Source of the DNA: Chloroflexota bacterium
Lineage (GTDB): Bacteria > Chloroflexota > UBA11872 > VXOZ01
DNA: 64,000 nucleotides
Assembly: GCA_963662335.2 (NCBI GenBank)
Contig: CAXXVD010000005.1
Coordinates: 256,001-320,000, forward strand
Direction of reading: 5' to 3'
Both the position numbers and the translations under genes were made by a program. The notes below the pieces were generated by a model. The model did no database searches. It was not told the DNA's origin and saw nothing but the letters and a program-made list of their open reading frames with translations. Below are positions 50,514-61,352 of this stretch, in pieces; position 1 is the stretch's first letter, and every line of letters starts with the position of its first letter.

Positions 50514-52442
50514 ATGATCATTGGAATTGCCAAAGGCCCCGGCGAAACGCCGAACGAATACACCTTCGTCACCCCGGATACCGAGCGGCGGGTGAAGACG
50601 AGCGAATTCGTCTATTACGAAGCCGACGTGGACGGCGCCCGGCGCCAGATTCTGGGGCGGGTCTTCCGGCGCGTGCCGCTGCGGCTCTATCCGGATTCGT
50701 TTCTGGCCCAGCCGGAGGTGGATCCGGCGCAGGTGGCGGCGCTGGTCGGCTACCAGGCCGCAGACGAGCTTTCCCCGCCCGGCGCCCCCGGCGCGGCAAC
50801 CGCCGCGGCTGAACTATTTGAAATCCACGTCACGATCATGGGCTACCACGACGCCCAATTGAGCGCCTTCGTCAACCCGCGCATTCCGCCGCGCATCGGC
50901 TGGAAGATCCACCTGGCCGCGGACGGCGCGCTGGCGGCGGTGTTGAACCGCGTCGCCTTCGATTGGGAGCGCGGCGAGGCTGAGCGCGGCGGCGCGTTCG
51001 TCGGCTCGCTGCTCTCGCGCCCGGCGTTCAAGCCGCCCGCCGCCGCTCTTCCCGCCGCGTCGGAAGGCGCGGAGACCGGCGTAGACGCGGCAGAGTCCGG
51101 CGGCGTGCCGGTGGTGCTGGACGTGCGTTCCGTTACGGCCACCCACATGGCCATCATCGCCGGCACCGGCGCCGGCAAGAGCTACCTGGCCTCGGTCCTC
51201 ATCGAAGAGATGATGAAGCCCATCAACCGCGCCAGCATCCTGGTCATCGACCCCCATGGCGAGTACGACACGTTGGAAGATATCCGCAACGCCGCGGCCT
51301 TCCGCGCCGCCGACGGCTACAAGGCGGAGGTCAAAACCGTTCCCCAGGATCAGGTCAAGATTCGCGTCTCCGAACTCTCGCAATTCGACCTGCGCTTTCT
51401 GCTGGGCGCGCAGTACGGCTTCTCAGGGCCAATGGAATACGTGCTTGGAAACGTCCTCGAGCGCATCAAGAAAGACCGGGGCGACAAGACGCCGTGGACG
51501 AAGAACGATCTGTTTGCGGCGCTTGAGTATGAGCAAACCGGAGAAGACGAGAGAGCCGCCAGTTCTGCTCAAAACACCGGCGACGGGGGCGGCCCGGCGG
51601 ATTCCTTTGGCGACGACGCGCTCAGCTTCCTCGACACCGCCGGCCGGGGCGAGCGCAAGGGTTCCCACGCCAGGACGGACCCCCAAATGCGTGGCAGCGC
51701 GCGGGCGGTGGAATGGCGGCTGCGCAGCCTCTTTAGCGAAGCGCCAAATTTCGATGACGTGGACAGCATCAACTTGCAGGATGTCTTCCGCCCCGGCCTC
51801 TGTTCCGTGCTGCAACTGAACGAGATCGACCGCCGCCAGCAGCAGGTGATCGTAGCCGTGCTGCTCCGCATGGTGTGGAAAGCGCGCATGAACGCCGTCA
51901 AGGAGACCGGCAACCCCAAAGACCGCCTGGACTACCCGGCCTTCATCCTGTTGGAAGAGGCCCACCACTTCGCGCCGGCGAACGAAGACGTGGTGACCAC
52001 CAACATCCTGAAGACTATTCTGGCCGAGGGCAGGAAATTTGGCGTCGGCGTCGGCCTCATCAGCCAGCGCCCGGGCAAGCTCGATTCCGACGTGCTCTCC
52101 CAGTGCATGACGCAGTTTCTCTTGCGCATCGTCAACGAATACGACCAGAGCAGCGTGGCCGCGGCCGTTGAGAGCGCGAGCCGCGACCTGCTGGCGGAAT
52201 TGCCGGCGCTCTCCAAGGGCCAGGCGATCGTGGCGGGCGCCGCCGTCAATACGCCGCTTTCCATACGGGTGCGGCAGCGCATCACCCGCCACGGCGGCGC
52301 GGAGCCGGACGCGCCGAGCGAGTGGCGTTCTTTCTTCTCACAGGAGGCGCAGCGCCGCCGCGAGGTGGACGCCTCCGGCCTGCCGGAAGGCCCGCCGCGC
52401 GGCCGCAGCAATCTCTACTACAAGAGCCGCGAGCGCCGGTAG
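50514..52442 (+). CDS. herA: HerA-family ATPase/helicase
   Basis: N-terminal HAS-like region, HMAIIAGTGAGKS, IDPHGEY, LEEAHHF, EGRKFG, SQRP. Confidence 0.93.
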   Translation: MIIGIAKGPGETPNEYTFVTPDTERRVKTSEFVYYEADVDGARRQILGRVFRRVPLRLYPDSFLAQPEVDPAQVAALVGYQAADELSPPGAPGAATAAAELFEIHVTIMGYHDAQLSAFVNPRIPPRIGWKIHLAADGALAAVLNRVAFDWERGEAERGGAFVGSLLSRPAFKPPAAALPAASEGAETGVDAAESGGVPVVLDVRSVTATHMAIIAGTGAGKSYLASVLIEEMMKPINRASILVIDPHGEYDTLEDIRNAAAFRAADGYKAEVKTVPQDQVKIRVSELSQFDLRFLLGAQYGFSGPMEYVLGNVLERIKKDRGDKTPWTKNDLFAALEYEQTGEDERAASSAQNTGDGGGPADSFGDDALSFLDTAGRGERKGSHARTDPQMRGSARAVEWRLRSLFSEAPNFDDVDSINLQDVFRPGLCSVLQLNEIDRRQQQVIVAVLLRMVWKARMNAVKETGNPKDRLDYPAFILLEEAHHFAPANEDVVTTNILKTILAEGRKFGVGVGLISQRPGKLDSDVLSQCMTQFLLRIVNEYDQSSVAAAVESASRDLLAELPALSKGQAIVAGAAVNTPLSIRVRQRITRHGGAEPDAPSEWRSFFSQEAQRRREVDASGLPEGPPRGRSNLYYKSRERR

Positions 52443-52493
52443 CGGCCGAACGGTCGCTCGCCGTCTACGCCTTGCGTGCCGGTATCCTACTAG

Positions 52494-52553
52494 GTAGCGC
52501 GGGGGCTTGCCCCCCCCCCTCAAATTACCGTAGCGCGGGGGCTTGTCCCCCGC
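52494..52553 (+). repeat. Tandem GTAG-type REP-like palindromes
   Basis: Two GTAGCGCGGGGGCTTG(T/C)CCCCC units. Confidence 0.8.
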
Positions 52554-52634
52554 CTCTTGGCGACAGGCGGGTGCGCCAATCCACGCCAGGGCGCGAAACA
52601 CCCCGCGCCGCGCAGTCAGCCAAAGGCAGGCACT

Positions 52635-53690
52635 ATGCCCTTCAACTATGAATATCTCCAGCGCATACGCGCCGGCTTCATCGGCTGCGGCAAGCACGCC
52701 TATCAGAGCATCCTGCCCAGTTTCCAGTATGCGCCGGTGGAGTTGGTAGCGGTCTGCGACCTCATCGAGGAGCGCGCCCGCTTCTGCGCCCGCCAATTTG
52801 GGGCGCTGCGCTGGTACACCGACTACGCCGCCATGCTGGCTCAGGAAGACCTTGACGCCGTCTTCGTCGTGCTCAATCACGATGACGCGGGCCGCCCCCA
52901 GTACGCGCCGGCGGCGATTGACGTGCTGCGCGCCGGCGTGCACGTGTGGATCGAGAAGCCGCCCGCCTCCACGCTGGCGGAGATCGAACAGATGCAAACG
53001 GCCCGGGACGCGGCGCGGCGTTTCGTCCAGGTCGGCTTCAAGAAGCCCTTCTATCCGGCGATTCAACACGCCAGGAAGCTGCTGGAGCAACCGGAATTCG
53101 GCGCGCCCACCTCCGCCTACGTCCACTACGCCGTGAACCTGCCGCCCGCCGCCGAGCGGCCCCACAGCCGGGAGATGATGCGCTTCCTGCAAATCGGCTG
53201 CCACCCGCTCTCGATACTGCAATTCCTGCTCGGCGCGCCGCGCACGCTCTACTTTGCCGACGAAGCGCGGCAGGGCAGTTCGCTGGGCGTCTTTACGTTC
53301 GCCAACGGCAGCATCGGCTGCCTGCACCAGGCGGCCGGCAAGGGCGAGCACGCCCCGTGGGACCGGGTGGAAGTCAACGGTGAAGGCGCGTCGCTGGTGG
53401 TCGAGAACGGCATCGACCTCACCTACTACCCGCCGGGCGCGCCGCGCGCGTCGGACACGTTCGTCAGTGCTGACGCCGCCGCGCCCCGCCGCTGGCTGCC
53501 CGACTTCTCCCACGGCCGCCTGGCCAACAAAGGCCTCTTCCTCCTCGGCTACGCGCCGGAACTCATCGCCTTCGCCGAAAGCATCCTCACCAACACCCCG
53601 CCCCAAACCGCCACCCTGGAAGACGCCCACGATGTGATCCGCATGTACCTCGGCTACACCCAACCGGCGGGACAGGTCATTGCGCTGTAG
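52635..53690 (+). CDS. Gfo/Idh/MocA family oxidoreductase
   Basis: FIGCGKHA, HVWIEKPP; start at ATG 52635. Confidence 0.9.
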   Translation: MPFNYEYLQRIRAGFIGCGKHAYQSILPSFQYAPVELVAVCDLIEERARFCARQFGALRWYTDYAAMLAQEDLDAVFVVLNHDDAGRPQYAPAAIDVLRAGVHVWIEKPPASTLAEIEQMQTARDAARRFVQVGFKKPFYPAIQHARKLLEQPEFGAPTSAYVHYAVNLPPAAERPHSREMMRFLQIGCHPLSILQFLLGAPRTLYFADEARQGSSLGVFTFANGSIGCLHQAAGKGEHAPWDRVEVNGEGASLVVENGIDLTYYPPGAPRASDTFVSADAAAPRRWLPDFSHGRLANKGLFLLGYAPELIAFAESILTNTPPQTATLEDAHDVIRMYLGYTQPAGQVIAL

Positions 53691-53747
53691 TTCCCGGTGG
53701 CGCGTGAACGGAACGAGGCGCCTAGTGGGAGACCGCGCGCATCCTCC

Positions 53748-54707
53748 TCACACAGGCGGCGGAACCGGCGGCAAATCGTAGTCGCGCGCTTCCAACGCCA
53801 TAATCTCCGCCACCTCCTCCGCCGTCATTGGCTTTGCGTCCGCGGCGCGCACGTTGTCCTCCACTTCGGCTACGGTCATGGCCCCGGGAATCACGCCGTG
53901 CACACCCGGCGTCGCCAGCACGAATTGCAGCGCGGCCTGCGTCATCGTTCTCCCTTGCGTGAGGAAACGCAGCCTCTCCACGCGCGCCAGCACCGCCTCG
54001 ATGAAGTCCCTCCTGAACTTCCGCCGGTCGTCATGGTCGTCGAAGACCGTAGCGCGCGTTATCGCCCCGGTAAGGAATCCAAAGTAGAAATTTTCCCGCG
54101 CGATCACACCGACTCTGTGCGCCTGCGCAAGCGGGAACAATTCTTGAGCCGGCAACGTGTACAACAGCCGATAAGCCTGCTGGATGACGTCCACCTGCCC
54201 CTGCTCGATGAGGCACATTGCCGGCGGAATGCCCTCATCCACCGACATGACGGAGAAGCCGGCCGCCCGGATCTTGCCCTGCTCCTTGAGGCGAACCAGC
54301 GCTTCCAAGCCGTCGTCGCGGTAGAGTTCCGCGTCCGGGCTGTGCAGCATGTAGATGTCCAGGTAGTCCGTGCGCAGGCGGCGCAAACTCTCCTCGACCG
54401 CGCGCATCACCGTCGCGCCGGAGTAATCAAAGTGCCGGCGTCCGCCGGGAAACATGCCCACTTTCGTCGCCAGCACGACCTCGTGGCGTCTTCCGGCGAT
54501 GGCTGCGCCGATTACCTCCTCACTGCGGCCGTTGCCATAGATGGGCGCGGTATCGATGTGGTTGACGCCAAGTTCCAGCGCCCGCAGAATGGCGCGCCGC
54601 GACTCTGCGTCGTCCGCGCGCCCGTAACGGTCGCCGCCCATGCCCCACGTTCCCAGCCCCACCTCTGAAATCCGTATACCCGTTCTGCCCAGCGTGCGGT
54701 ATTTCAT
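53748..54707 (-). CDS. Aldo/keto reductase
   Basis: GLGTWGMGG, DTAPIYG, ATKVG, DIYMLHSP, IPGA. Confidence 0.93.
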   Translation of the reverse strand: MKYRTLGRTGIRISEVGLGTWGMGGDRYGRADDAESRRAILRALELGVNHIDTAPIYGNGRSEEVIGAAIAGRRHEVVLATKVGMFPGGRRHFDYSGATVMRAVEESLRRLRTDYLDIYMLHSPDAELYRDDGLEALVRLKEQGKIRAAGFSVMSVDEGIPPAMCLIEQGQVDVIQQAYRLLYTLPAQELFPLAQAHRVGVIARENFYFGFLTGAITRATVFDDHDDRRKFRRDFIEAVLARVERLRFLTQGRTMTQAALQFVLATPGVHGVIPGAMTVAEVEDNVRAADAKPMTAEEVAEIMALEARDYDLPPVPPPV

Positions 54708-54867
54708 AAGCTATCCTCTCTGCCAAAGAATCCTGTTGGCGCTATTCTCATACATCACGTAGCCGCAGTCCATGCGGAAGTTCCGCTCATTCGACACACC
54801 GCCAGGCTTTCCGGTATTCTGGTGCTGGCGTTTCTCACAGCCGGTCAAGGTGCAGTTGTTCAGTCCT

Positions 54868-56001
54868 ATGAAGATTCACGAATTTCAAGCGAAAGACATC
54901 CTGGCAGAGTACGGCTTGCCCATACCGCCCAGCCGGGTGGTGAGCACGTCTGATGAAGCGCGGGAAGCGGCGGCGGCAATTGGCGGCATGGTGGTAGTCA
55001 AGGCGCAGGTGCTGGTGGGCGGGCGCGGCAAGGCCGGCGGGGTCAAGCTGGCGACCACGCCGGACGAAGCGGCGGCGCAGGCGGCGGCCATCCTGGGCAT
55101 GGACATCAAGGGCATCATCGTGCGGCGCGTGCTGGTTGCGCAGGCGGTGGACATCGCCACGGAAATCTATCTCGGCGTCATCCTCGACCGCGCGGCCAAA
55201 GCCATCACCATCATGGCGAGCGCGGAAGGCGGCGTGGAAATCGAAGAAGTGGCGCGGGAGACGCCGGAGAAGATTCACCGCGTCCACGTGCATCCCCTGG
55301 CGGGCTTCTCCGACTACCAGGGCCGCCAATTGGCCTTCGACGTGGGCATTCCCGCGAACCTGAGCCGCGATTTCGCCCGCATCGTCCGCGCGCTCGTGCA
55401 GGCGCTCAGCGAAAACGACGGCGAGTTAGTCGAGATCAACCCGCTGGTCATTACCGCGGACGGCGCAATCCAGTGCATCGACGCCAAGATCAATCTGGAC
55501 GACAACGCCCTCTTCCGCCACAAGGCGCTGGCCGAATTGCGCGACCGCGATGAAGAAGAGCCCGCCGAACGCACGGCGCGGGAAGCGGGACTCTCGTTCG
55601 TCAAGCTCGACGGCGCGATTGGCTGCGTCGTCAACGGCGCCGGCCTCGCCATGGCGACTATGGACACCATCAAGCTTAGCGGCGGCAGTCCGGCCAACTT
55701 CCTCGACATTGGCGGCGGCGCCCGCGCGGAGAGCGTGGCCGACGCGCTGCGCATCATCCTGGACGACGAAAACGTGACGGCAATTCTCATCAACATCTTT
55801 GGCGGCATCACGCGCTGCGACGAGGTGGCGCGCGGCATCGTGAGCGCCCTGCCATCGCTTTCGCGCTCCGTGCCGCTGGTGGTGCGCCTGGTTGGCACCA
55901 ATCAGGCCGAGGGACGCGCCATCTTGCAGGAGGCGGGCCTGACGGCCGCCGACACCATGCAGGCCGCGTCGCAGGAAGTAGTGCGGGTGGCGGGTTCATG
56001 A
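54868..56001 (+). CDS. sucC: Succinyl-CoA synthetase beta subunit
   Basis: [44 protein letters not shown]. Confidence 0.96.
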   Translation: MKIHEFQAKDILAEYGLPIPPSRVVSTSDEAREAAAAIGGMVVVKAQVLVGGRGKAGGVKLATTPDEAAAQAAAILGMDIKGIIVRRVLVAQAVDIATEIYLGVILDRAAKAITIMASAEGGVEIEEVARETPEKIHRVHVHPLAGFSDYQGRQLAFDVGIPANLSRDFARIVRALVQALSENDGELVEINPLVITADGAIQCIDAKINLDDNALFRHKALAELRDRDEEEPAERTAREAGLSFVKLDGAIGCVVNGAGLAMATMDTIKLSGGSPANFLDIGGGARAESVADALRIILDDENVTAILINIFGGITRCDEVARGIVSALPSLSRSVPLVVRLVGTNQAEGRAILQEAGLTAADTMQAASQEVVRVAGS

Positions 56002-56870
56002 GCATCCTGGTTGACGAAAACACCCGCCTGCTGGTGCAGGGCATCACCGGCCGCGAAGGCGCGTTTCACACCGAGCAGATGGTGGCCTACGGCACGCAGG
56101 TCGTGGCCGGCGTTACGCCGGGGCGCGGCGGGCAAACGGTCTGCGGCGCGCCGGTCTTCAATACCGTGGCCCATGCCGCGCGGGAAACCGGCGCGAACGT
56201 CTCGATCATCTTCGTGCCCGGCCCGTTCGCTCCCGATGCCATTACTGAGGCGGTTGACGCCGGCATCCCCTTCGTCATCTGCATCAGCGAGCATATTCCC
56301 GTCCACGACATGCTGAAAGTCTATCATTATGTCAATCTCAAGGGCGCGCGCCTGCTCGGCCCCAATTGCCCCGGCCTCATCTCGCCGGGCAAAGCCAAAG
56401 TGGGCATCATGGCGGGCGATATTCATATGCTAGGCCCGGTCGGCGTCGTCAGCCGCTCCGGCACGCTCACGTACGAAGTGGTCTCGCACCTCACCGGGGA
56501 AGAGGTCGGGCAGTCCACCGTCATCGGCATCGGCGGCGATCCGGTGGTCGGGACCGGCTTCATCGACGTGCTGCGCCTGTTCGAAGAAGACCCGCAGACC
56601 GAGGCGATTGTGATGATTGGCGAAATCGGCGGCACCGATGAAGAAGAGGCCGCGGCTTTCATCGCGGCCCACGTTACCAAGCCCGTAGTCGGCTTCATTG
56701 CCGGACGCACCGCGCCGCCGGAAAAGCGCATGGGACACGCCGGGGCCATCGTCTCCGGCGGCATCGGCACGGCGGATTCGAAGATCGCGGCGCTCCAGGC
56801 GGCCGGCGTGCAGGTCGCGGACTTTCCCCGCGAGGCGGCGCTGCTGGCCGCGGCGCAGGTCCGGCGCTAG
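55998..56870 (+). CDS. sucD: Succinyl-CoA synthetase alpha subunit
   Basis: [28 protein letters not shown] (phospho-His). Confidence 0.97.
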   Translation: MSILVDENTRLLVQGITGREGAFHTEQMVAYGTQVVAGVTPGRGGQTVCGAPVFNTVAHAARETGANVSIIFVPGPFAPDAITEAVDAGIPFVICISEHIPVHDMLKVYHYVNLKGARLLGPNCPGLISPGKAKVGIMAGDIHMLGPVGVVSRSGTLTYEVVSHLTGEEVGQSTVIGIGGDPVVGTGFIDVLRLFEEDPQTEAIVMIGEIGGTDEEEAAAFIAAHVTKPVVGFIAGRTAPPEKRMGHAGAIVSGGIGTADSKIAALQAAGVQVADFPREAALLAAAQVRR

Positions 56871-56910
56871 CCGCAAATACAGGCTTCACGCACTGGAAGG
56901 GAAAAAGCAA

Positions 56911-58224
56911 ATGGCGCTCCAGCTTGGCGCGGCGCAACGGACGATCACACCGCCGCTCGGCACGCACATGGCCGGTTACTACCACGTGCGCCCGGCGGCG
57001 GCCGTGCACGACGATCTCTATGCCCGCGCGCTCGTAATCGACGACGGCGCGACTGCCATCGCGCTCGTCACGTGCGACCTGGTCTCGATTCGTGAAGAGA
57101 GCGTCGTCAACGCGCGCGCACAGATCGCGGCAGCCACCGCCATCCCCGGCGCGCACGTGCTCATCTGCTGCACGCACACGCACACCGGCCCCATCACGCG
57201 GGGCGACCGCAGCGCCGCCACCTTTGGCAGCATGAGCGAATCGTACATGGCCGACCTGGAGCGGCAAATCGCCGCAGCAGTAACGGAAGCGTGGCAGTCG
57301 CGGCAACCGGGCACGCTCCGCATCGGCAAGGCGCAGGAGACCCGCATCGCCTTCAACCGCCGCTTCCACATGCGCGACGGCAGCGTCAAGACGAATCCGG
57401 GCAAGAACAACCCGGACGTCGTCGCGCCGGTTGGCCCCATTGACCCGGACGTCTACGTGCTGCTGGCGGAGTCGAACCAGGGCGAGCCGCTCGGCGTGCT
57501 CGTCAACTATTCGCTCCACGCCGACACCACCGGCGGCGACCACATCTCCGCCGACTACTCCGGCTGGATGGAAAAGCACCTCAAGAATATGTCGCCGGAG
57601 TTGGATGAGGCTGTGCTCCTCTACGCCAACGGCTACTGCGGCGACATCAACCACGTCAACGTGCACGATCCCGACCAACTGAAGGGCTTCGCGGAATCCG
57701 AGCGCATCGGCCGCGCGCTGGCGGAAAGCGCCACCCAGGCGCTTGCACAACTGGAGCCGCTTGAAGGCGAAACCGTGCACGCAGTTCAGCGCGTCGAGGC
57801 GCTGCCGGCCGTAGCGCCGACCGCTGCGGACATTGCCTGGGCCCAGGAAGCGGTGGCCGCCGCGCCCATGGGCGGCGGACCCGGCCGCGACGACCTGGTC
57901 AAGGCGCACCGCGATCTAGCGCTCCAGGAGTTGGGCCAACGACACTTCGATACCGAAGTCCAAGTGCTGGCCGTGGGCAACGTGGCGTTCACGGCGCTGC
58001 CCGGCGAGATCTTCGTCGAACTTGGGCTTGCCATCAAAGCGGACTCGCCGTTCGCCCACAACCTGCTGGCGGAACTCGCCAACGGCAATCTGGGCTACAT
58101 TTGCACGGCAGCGGCCTACCCGCAGGGTGCGTACGAGCCAACGTCCAGCCGCGTGCTGCCGGGCTCCGGCGAGCAACTGGTCCGCGCCGCGCTCGAATTG
58201 CAGCGCGGCATTGCCGCCGGCTGA
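56911..58224 (+). CDS. Neutral/alkaline ceramidase-like hydrolase
   Basis: ITPP.G..MAGY, HDDLYARAL, THTHTGP, NRR, HADT, SADY, G.CGDIN, PGEIF, ELANG..GY..YE. Confidence 0.82.
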   Translation: MALQLGAAQRTITPPLGTHMAGYYHVRPAAAVHDDLYARALVIDDGATAIALVTCDLVSIREESVVNARAQIAAATAIPGAHVLICCTHTHTGPITRGDRSAATFGSMSESYMADLERQIAAAVTEAWQSRQPGTLRIGKAQETRIAFNRRFHMRDGSVKTNPGKNNPDVVAPVGPIDPDVYVLLAESNQGEPLGVLVNYSLHADTTGGDHISADYSGWMEKHLKNMSPELDEAVLLYANGYCGDINHVNVHDPDQLKGFAESERIGRALAESATQALAQLEPLEGETVHAVQRVEALPAVAPTAADIAWAQEAVAAAPMGGGPGRDDLVKAHRDLALQELGQRHFDTEVQVLAVGNVAFTALPGEIFVELGLAIKADSPFAHNLLAELANGNLGYICTAAAYPQGAYEPTSSRVLPGSGEQLVRAALELQRGIAAG

Positions 58225-58442
58225 CGCAGCCGGCGCCGGCGCGGGACAGCCGCCTCTGGCTAGGGGAGCGGCTCGGCCGGCGCGGTCTGCTGTATTGATA
58301 CGCGCCGTTGGTATATAATTGGAAAAGGCGATAGAATACTCATTTGGCGCAAGCGCAGCGCGCCGGCAGCCGCGCGTCACGGGTTGTCCAAGGCGCTCGC
58401 CGCGCGGCAGTGGAACGACACAGGAAGCAAAGCACGCGAACG

Positions 58443-60200
58443 ATGACAAGAAACGACCTCGTGATTCGTGTCGCCGGTGAGGCCGGCGAAGGAATTCTCT
58501 CCACCGGCCAGTTGCTCACGCAGGCGGCGCTGCGGGCCGGTTTTCACATCCTTACGTACTCCCAGCCGCCATCCGAAATCAAAGGCGGACACGCCTTCTT
58601 CCAGATCAGGCTGAGCGCGGACAAGTCCTACAGCAAAGGCGATTCCGTAGACATTCTGCTCGCCTTCAACCAGGAAGCCTACGATCGCAACGCGGCCGAG
58701 ACTAAGGACGACGGCCTGCTGGTCTACGACCCCTCGGAAGTCACGCCCTCCGCCGACAGCCATTTCGTGCAGGTGGAGTTTCCCCTCAACGACATCGCCA
58801 AGAACGAACTCAAGTTTCCCATTGCCAAGAACGTGGTGGCGGTGGGCGCGTTGGCGGAACTCTTCGAACTGCCCACCAAGCACCTGGATACCCTCATCGA
58901 AGAGAAGTGGCTGCGCAAGGGCGAAGCGGTCGTCCAAAAGAACCTGGACGCGCTGCGGGCCGGCATCGACTACGTCATCGCGCACGTTCCCGACCGTGAA
59001 CGCTTTGCCCTCCATCCGGACAAGCCGCATTCGGGCGAAATCATGGTGAGCGGCAGCGAGGCGATCGGCCTCGGCGCAGTCGCCGCCGGCTGCAGTTTCA
59101 TGGCGGGCTATCCGATTACGCCGGCCAGCGACATCAAAGAGTTCCTGGAAGTCCATCTGCCGAAAACGGGCGGCCACGCGCTGCAAGCGGAGGACGAACT
59201 CGCCGCCATCGGCATGGTGCTGGGCGCGTCCTATGCCGGCTCAAAGGCACTGACGGCCACTTCCGGTCCCGGTTTCAGCCTAATGATTGAGATGCTTGGC
59301 CTGGCGGCTATGGCGGAACTCCCCTGCGTCATCGTGGATGCGCAGCGCGCCGGGCCTTCCACCGGCATGCCGACCCGCCACGAGCAGGGCGACCTCTACC
59401 AGGCCGCGTTCGCCGGCCACGGCGAATGCCCGCGCATCGTACTCGCGCCCACGTCGGTAGGCGACGCTTTCTACCAGACCGTCAACGCCTTCAACCTGGC
59501 GGAGAAGTACCAGACCCCCGTCATCCTGCTGGGCGACACCCTGCTCAACGTGCGTTCCGAGAGCATACCCCGGCCAAATCTGGACGAGATCGAGGTGGTG
59601 GATCGCCTGCTCTTTTCCCAAAACGGCAACGGCGCCGCCGCAAGCGGCAGTGTGAACGGCGAGTACAACCGCTACGTGCTCACCGACAACGGGGTCTCGC
59701 CGATGTCCATTCCCGGCCAGGCCGGCGGACAGTACATCGCCACGGGCCTCGAGCACAACGAAGAGGGTCTGCACCGCTATGACGAAGCGACCCACACGAT
59801 TATGACCCAGAAGCGCTTCCGCAAGCTGGAACGCGCCGCCCTGGAAGCGCCGGCGCCGGACCGCTATGGCGATCCCACCGCCGACGTGGGTATCCTTACG
59901 TGGGGCTCCACCGTCGGCTCCGTCATCGAAGCCATTCGCGCCGCGGAATTGGAGGGTCTGAGCCTCGACATGCTCGCGCCCAAGATGCTGATGCCGCTGC
60001 CGGACGCGCAACTGCGCCCCTTCATCGAAAGCAAACGCCTGATACTCATTCCCGAAGTCAACTACACCGGCCAATTCGCCAACATGATCGCGAGCCAGTA
60101 CGCGCGCGAATTCGTGCGCATCAACATCTTCGGCGGCATGCCGTTCCGCGTCGACCGGCTGCTGGAGAAGATACGAGAGGAAGTGGCATTGCATGTCTAG
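58443..60200 (+). CDS. korA: 2-oxoacid:ferredoxin oxidoreductase alpha subunit (gamma-alpha fusion)
   Basis: GEAGEGI, EIKGG, GYPITPAS, QAEDELAA, TSGPG, QRAGPSTGMPT; adjacent to the suc/sdh genes. Confidence 0.92.
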   Translation: MTRNDLVIRVAGEAGEGILSTGQLLTQAALRAGFHILTYSQPPSEIKGGHAFFQIRLSADKSYSKGDSVDILLAFNQEAYDRNAAETKDDGLLVYDPSEVTPSADSHFVQVEFPLNDIAKNELKFPIAKNVVAVGALAELFELPTKHLDTLIEEKWLRKGEAVVQKNLDALRAGIDYVIAHVPDRERFALHPDKPHSGEIMVSGSEAIGLGAVAAGCSFMAGYPITPASDIKEFLEVHLPKTGGHALQAEDELAAIGMVLGASYAGSKALTATSGPGFSLMIEMLGLAAMAELPCVIVDAQRAGPSTGMPTRHEQGDLYQAAFAGHGECPRIVLAPTSVGDAFYQTVNAFNLAEKYQTPVILLGDTLLNVRSESIPRPNLDEIEVVDRLLFSQNGNGAAASGSVNGEYNRYVLTDNGVSPMSIPGQAGGQYIATGLEHNEEGLHRYDEATHTIMTQKRFRKLERAALEAPAPDRYGDPTADVGILTWGSTVGSVIEAIRAAELEGLSLDMLAPKMLMPLPDAQLRPFIESKRLILIPEVNYTGQFANMIASQYAREFVRINIFGGMPFRVDRLLEKIREEVALHV

Positions 60201-61059
60201 CGTGGTAACCGCAGAGAAGCGAAAAGTTGCCGACTACAAGGGCGATGAACGCCCCACCTGGTGCCCCGGTTGCGGCGACTTTGGCGTCCTGAACGCCGTC
60301 TTCAAGGCGCTGAGCGACCACAATTTCGCGCCCGAGGACGTTATCATCGTCTCCGGCATCGGCTGCTCCAGCCGCCTGCCCTTCTTCACCGGCGCGTACG
60401 GTTTCCATACGGTGCATGGGCGCGCCATGCCCGTGGCCGCCGGCATTCGCGCCGTGCAGCCGGACATGCCGGTGCTGGCCATGGGCGGCGACGGCGACGC
60501 CTTTGCCATCGGCGTCGGGCACCTGGTCCACGCCATCCGCCGCAACCTGAACATCTGCTACGTGGTGATGGATAACGCGGTCTACGGCCTGACGAAAGGG
60601 CAGACCTCGCCCACGGCCGAGCGCGGCCTGGCCACCAAGGCCACGCCCCAGGGCGCCAGCGACCCGGCGGTGAACCCGCTGTTGCTCGCGCTGGCCACCG
60701 GCTGCACGTTCGTCGCCCGCGGCTTCTCCAGCAAGCCCAAGGATCTGGCGGACCTGATTGCGCGCGGCATTGCTCATCCGGGCTTTGCCTTCATCGACAC
60801 CTACAGCCCGTGCCCAACGTTCAATACGGTCCATACGTTCAAGTACTACCGGGACGCGACGGCAGACCTGCCGGCCGACTTCGATCCCACCGACTTCGGC
60901 GCCGCCCTCCAGTACGCCGCCAGCGAAGACCCGCTCTACCTGGGACTCTACTACCAGTCCGAGCAACCCACGTTCGAGGACCACATCAGGAACAACAAGC
61001 CGGACGTAACGAAGAACGCCATGACCGTGGTGGAAGACCTCTTCGACCAAATGAGCTAG
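60193..61059 (+). CDS. korB: 2-oxoacid:ferredoxin oxidoreductase beta subunit
   Basis: WCPGCGD, SGIGCSS, HGRA, GGDGD, YGLTKGQ.SPT, SPCPTFN. Confidence 0.93.
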   Translation: MSSVVTAEKRKVADYKGDERPTWCPGCGDFGVLNAVFKALSDHNFAPEDVIIVSGIGCSSRLPFFTGAYGFHTVHGRAMPVAAGIRAVQPDMPVLAMGGDGDAFAIGVGHLVHAIRRNLNICYVVMDNAVYGLTKGQTSPTAERGLATKATPQGASDPAVNPLLLALATGCTFVARGFSSKPKDLADLIARGIAHPGFAFIDTYSPCPTFNTVHTFKYYRDATADLPADFDPTDFGAALQYAASEDPLYLGLYYQSEQPTFEDHIRNNKPDVTKNAMTVVEDLFDQMS

Positions 61060-61110
61060 GCCCTGGGCGGACTTGACTCCGCGGACGCGACTCTTTCGAG
61101 AGGTTTCATG

Positions 61111-61141
61111 AGCGAACTCCGGGAGGTAGGAGTTCGCTTTT
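61111..61141 (+). terminator. Intrinsic terminator downstream of korB
   Basis: 10-bp stem AGCGAACTCC/GGAGTTCGCT with an 8-nt loop, followed by a short T run. Confidence 0.6.
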
Positions 61142-61172
61142 GTGCGCCCGCTCTTGGAGACGGCGCCGTTGC

Positions 61173-61202
61173 TTAACATTCGTGCTAGCTGGACGGTATA
61201 CT
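61173..61202 (+). promoter_or_regulatory. Putative sigma70-type promoter of sdhAB
   Basis: TTAACA-18 nt-TATACT about 150 nt upstream of sdhA. Confidence 0.5.
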
Positions 61203-61352
61203 AGTGCCTGAGAGTCTGTAGCCTCTCTTGCGTGAGTTGATAGACGAATCGCACGGCAAGGAATAACGCCGGCATCTCTTGCGCTGACCCTTGGCTGCCG
61301 TTCGACATCGAAGCGCCGAGGATAGAATTTCTTCGCATCGGAGCGAAATTTC

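Noticed and set aside
42616-52442. Prophage, integrative element or known HerA-based defence system (Sir2-HerA/Nezha-type)
   Set aside because: No integrase, att sites, phage genes or Sir2/effector gene; the partners are NurA, Mre11 and Rad50, and the base composition looks like the flanks.
61203-61352. Structured ncRNA or leader upstream of sdhA
   Set aside because: Only short, weak hairpins are visible and there is no recognisable family motif.
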